Assembly: GCF_009914755.1 (NCBI RefSeq)
Contig: NC_060926.1
DNA: 64,000 bases
DNA from: the human T2T-CHM13v2.0 reference genome, Homo sapiens
Direction: 5' to 3' (one strand)
The notes below the pieces were generated by a model. The model was not told where the DNA came from. It ran no database searches and saw only the letters and a list, made by a program, of their open reading frames with translations. The position numbers and the translations under genes were made by a program. Positions 60,293-64,000 of this stretch are shown one piece after another. Every line of letters starts with the position of its first letter. The first letter of the stretch is position 1.

Positions 60293-61766
60293 GTGAGTTA
60301 AGGGGCCGCTTCTGCGGGAGGAGGAGGCTGGGAGAACCTAACTGAGCTCTCCCGGGAACTTTGCTTTCTCGTTGTTTTTTCTTCGCCCACAGGTCTCAGA
60401 TTCTATCCGCTGTCTTTCTACCCTACCCTTTGACCATTTTTGCACCTCCCAACGACCATACAGTCCTATATATTTTGTACTCAGAATGGTCTCAGTTCTG
60501 CACCTCCTTGTCTATTTCTGTTGCCTTCCCCCAGCCCCAGATCTCATCAGCTCTCCTCCCATATAAAAATGTGCAGTTAAACCCCAACGACACCTTTCTG
60601 TCTTGGCAATTCTTGATCTTTCCTTTCTATTCATGTAAGAAGTATTGTTCTCCTGCCAAATGCTAGACACTAGAACCAAAGACTAAGGACTTTGCCTTAT
60701 TCATTCTCATTAGTCATTATGCCAGGATATGGCTTAGAGTAAGCCCAGAAGATGCTTGAATTGAAAATCAACGTAAGTGCAAATTATTATTTCCCTAACT
60801 TAAAACCTTTAATAAATTCTCAGTGTGCAGAGAATAATTTGGGGATTCTATATTTGGAACCTGGCGTTCAGGACCCTCCACACTAAGGCCCCAACTTATT
60901 TTTCCAGCTTCATCTTCACTGAGGCTTATCCTCTTCACATTTTGACCAAACAAAATACTCTTTGTGCCCATGTGTACTCTAAGCTTTCTATGCCTTTCCT
61001 CAGAATGTGTCCTTTATCTAGTTTGCCTTCATCCTCTTTACTCCTTTTTGTTCACAGTCCTATTGCCACATATCCAAATCCTCTGTCTTGCCTTCTCCCC
61101 AAACTTTCTTTTCTTGGATTTCCTTAGCTAGGGTTATTTCTTCCTGCATGGAATTTCTTCTAGTACTTTAGCTGTCGATTATTATACTTTTTATTTTTTA
61201 AGCTTACATTTTGGTTGAATGGTTCTTTTTGGGGGGAAGGTCTCTGATCCCTCTGATAATCTGATGAAAACTATAGACTCTTGCCAGGAAAAAAAAATGA
61301 ATATATAAAAGGTTTGTGTACAACTCCACCTTGTTCGCATATCTCTTAAGATCCACCTGTGGAACCCAGGTTACAGATTGCTGTTAAAGAAATTAGTGTA
61401 CTGTAATCCCTTTAAAATTGTGTCTGATTCATCACTTCATTTTTCTCAGCACTTTGTATAGTTTATACATGATAGATGCTTAGTATATATTTATGGAACA
61501 AATAGACTTACCAGATTTGTTTAAAATATAAACCAACAGTGAAAGCTTATTATAAGTCATCTTATTATCCTACGCATTTTACTGAGGGTCAGTCATTCAT
61601 TGGCCACAGTTAATATGAGTCTCAGTTGATTGGCTGCTCTCCCAGCATTAACAGGCTCCTACGGTAATACCATTGATAGTCGATACCATTGTGAACCTTA
61701 GGCACAATGTAATGCACTTATTAAATAATAAAGTTTAATTTTCCTTTTACTATCTTGTTCTAACAG

Positions 61767-61832
61767 GTGAAAAGAAACTTGGTACTGTTATCACTCCAGA
61801 TACATGGAAAGATGGTGCTAGGAATACCACAG
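61767..61832 (+). CDS. CRIPT: CRIPT exon 2 (66 nt): (C)EKKLGTVITPDTWKDGARNTT(E)
   Basis: ttctaacag| acceptor and |gtattt donor; matches the known CRIPT N-terminus. Confidence 0.96.
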
Positions 61833-62620
61833 GTATTTCTTCTTTTAGAAAATAGGAATTTAACCGAATACTTACTGTGAATAATACCTTAGTTTTTACA
61901 TTATTTGTACAATGAAATGTTATGTGTTCAAAGTATTTTATCTATTAAACATTAAAGAATACTGGGTCCTCAAGTGATTTAATATCTTCTATTTAGTTCT
62001 CAGTTACTTGTACGGGTTCCTAATATCAGGAGATAGCAAAATTATTAAATGATTGTCAAGTGATGGCAATATCACAGTATTTGATTATCAGAGTATTTGA
62101 TTTGATTCAGCTTATTTAGAGTCTGTATTTAATTTCTGCACTCTTCTGAGGAGAAATTTTTTTAATCTTCTGATTTTTATATTCTTGAATAAATGCTTTA
62201 ACCCATTTTACCTTCATTATCATTAATTACTTATGATGAAGTATTTACCTTCATTATTATTAAATACATATAGTAAAGTATGTTTTCAATGGGTAGAAAA
62301 ATAAACATTTTCATTATATTCAAGGTCTATGACACTGATATAGTGGCTTCTAGATTTTATGCTATATAGAGTAAATATAGACCCATTCCTAAAGTACTCC
62401 CTTGAGTCTGAGAAATAAAATGATTGTATTTTATACAAATTTTTACTGTTTCCCTAATAAATATTTTCTTTTTAAGCAGTATCTTAATAACCTATTAAAT
62501 GAGGATTTAAAAATTAGATATAGACTACTATTTTGGTAGAAAGTCAAGGAATGAACTTCTTAATATTATATGTTAAATGTATAGAAATAACCCACTAAAA
62601 TATCTTTTATTCTGATACAG

Positions 62621-62675
62621 AAAGTGGTGGAAGAAAGCTGAATGAAAATAAAGCTTTGACTTCAAAAAAAGCAAG
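62621..62675 (+). CDS. CRIPT: CRIPT exon 3 (55 nt): (E)SGGRKLNENKALTSKKA(R); gene continues beyond the window
   Basis: ctgatacag| acceptor and |gtgggt donor; conserved GRKLNENK motif. Confidence 0.95.
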
Positions 62676-63160
62676 GTGGGTAAGAGGATCCATCGATGGG
62701 TCACATAAATTTCCTTCTTTTAGTATTAAGTCTGCTGGAGTGAATTTGATGTGCATCATTCCATTTGCAATAAAACAGAGTTAGGTGGTTCCTAGCACTC
62801 AGAACCAAGCTATCTGTTATAATCCTGCTGGTTTTACCTTATTCCTCCTCACTGTATCAATATATGAAGATATTAGTGTTATTCTCTTACAGTTTCACCA
62901 GAAAACATGACTTTTATTTTATCTCCTTCTTAATTATCTTATGAATCAGAGACAGCAGGCAAATGTGGAAAGATCATAAGCTTTGGAGTCAGACCTAAAT
63001 TTGAATCTAGACTCACTGTCTAGCCTTATGACCTTAAGCAAGTTAAGCATGTTTCGTGACCTTTCTAAACTTTACTTTTTCCTGAGAATTGCGTAAAAAG
63101 TGTCCCATCTTAAAAACAAGTGTTTGATACCACACTTTATTATATCCAGCTTAAAAATTC

Positions 63161-63452
63161 GGCTGGGTAAGGTGACTCACACCTGTAATCCTAGCACTTT
63201 GGGAAGCCAAGGCAGACAGATTATCTGAGCCCAGGAGTTTGAGAGCAGCCTGGGCAACATGTGAAACCCTGTCCTACAAAGGACAGAAAAATTAACTGGG
63301 TGTGGCAGCACGCGCCTGTAGTCCCAGCTACTCAGGAGGCAGACGTGGGAGGATCACTTGATCCCAGGGAGGTCAAGGCTGCAGTGAGCCAGGATCGCAC
63401 TACTGATCTCCAGCCTGGGTTGACAGAGTGAGAGTCTCTTTCAGAAAAAAAA
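63161..63452 (+). mobile_element. AluJ-like
   Basis: Dimeric Alu in CRIPT intron 3. Confidence 0.9.
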
Positions 63453-63459
63453 TTTCGTG

Positions 63460-64000
63460 AACCCTTTCATCTGCCATCTGATTTCTTTGCTCCCCTTCAC
63501 ATCAGAAGTTTTCCAAAGTCTTACCTAGACACTTTTTCAGTGTCCTTAAGTTCCTTTCCCTCCTTCAGCCACTCTAGTCATGTGTTATCCCCACAACAGC
63601 CCTGAAACTGTTCTTGTCGAGATCACAAGTGACCTTTTAGAGTGACTTCAATCTACTGGCTTTAAATTCAAGCTATATGTTATATATATATATATGTAAT
63701 AATATTATTATATATATATTATAATATTATTATATATATATAACTCCCAAATTTATACCTCTGGCCTGACTTCTCTGAGCTCTAAACGTATATCTAGCAG
63801 TTTATCTGACATACCTCATTTAATGTCTAACAGGCCACTTCTTTTTCCTTCCGTCTTCTCATCATAGTAGCACCACTCTCTAATCCACTTGTTCAAGCCT
63901 AAAAGCTAGAATTCCTCACTGAGTCCTCCCTTTCCCCTACTTCCCCTATCCATCAGCAAGTTCTTTGGATCTACCTCCAAAACGTAAAATGTAACCTGAA
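63460..64000 (+). mobile_element. L2 fragment with an embedded AT-rich (TA)n tract (about 63675-63742)
   Basis: L2-like phrases (ctgaaactgttcttgtcgagatcac; actcccaaatttatacctct; tatccatcagcaagttct). Confidence 0.7.

Larger units (their letters stand above)
59500..60360. promoter_or_regulatory. CpG island / bidirectional PIGF-CRIPT promoter
   Basis: High GC and CpG density; NRF1-like CGCGCAGGCGCA at 60040-60051; GC boxes at about 60059 and 60102; ETS/GABPA CCGGAAGT at 60164-60171 and CCGGAAG at 60185; CRE half-site TGACG at 60176; no TATA box. Confidence 0.9.

Overview
Primate (most likely human, 2p21) genomic DNA containing three interlocked protein-coding genes. (1) The 3' half of RHOQ/TC10 on +: a long intron, three coding exons at 19077-19241, 19551-19646 and 23916-24071 ending in the CCLIT CAAX box, and a multi-kb 3'UTR. 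(2) The complete PIGF gene (GPI-anchor biosynthesis) on -: a non-coding exon 1 near 60 kb and five coding exons giving 219 aa. Its last coding exon lies antisense inside the RHOQ 3'UTR, and an alternative MIR-derived exon gives a 206-aa isoform. (3) The first three exons of CRIPT on +, head-to-head with PIGF at a CpG-island bidirectional promoter. The rest is intronic and rich in repeats: about 20 Alus, a 5'-truncated L1MA, a near full-length Tigger1, MER20/MER20B/MER30/MER5A, a solo LTR, MIR/L2 and microsatellites. There is no CRISPR, rRNA or tRNA. I see no convincing wholly new biological system. The best leads are the sense/antisense architecture, the exonised MIR, an antisense LTR poly(A) site, a candidate internal RHOQ promoter, a GNRA hairpin in PIGF intron 5, a templated-insertion scar and a Z-DNA tract. 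Gene identities and repeat subfamily names are from my own recognition, not a database search, and repeat boundaries are approximate.
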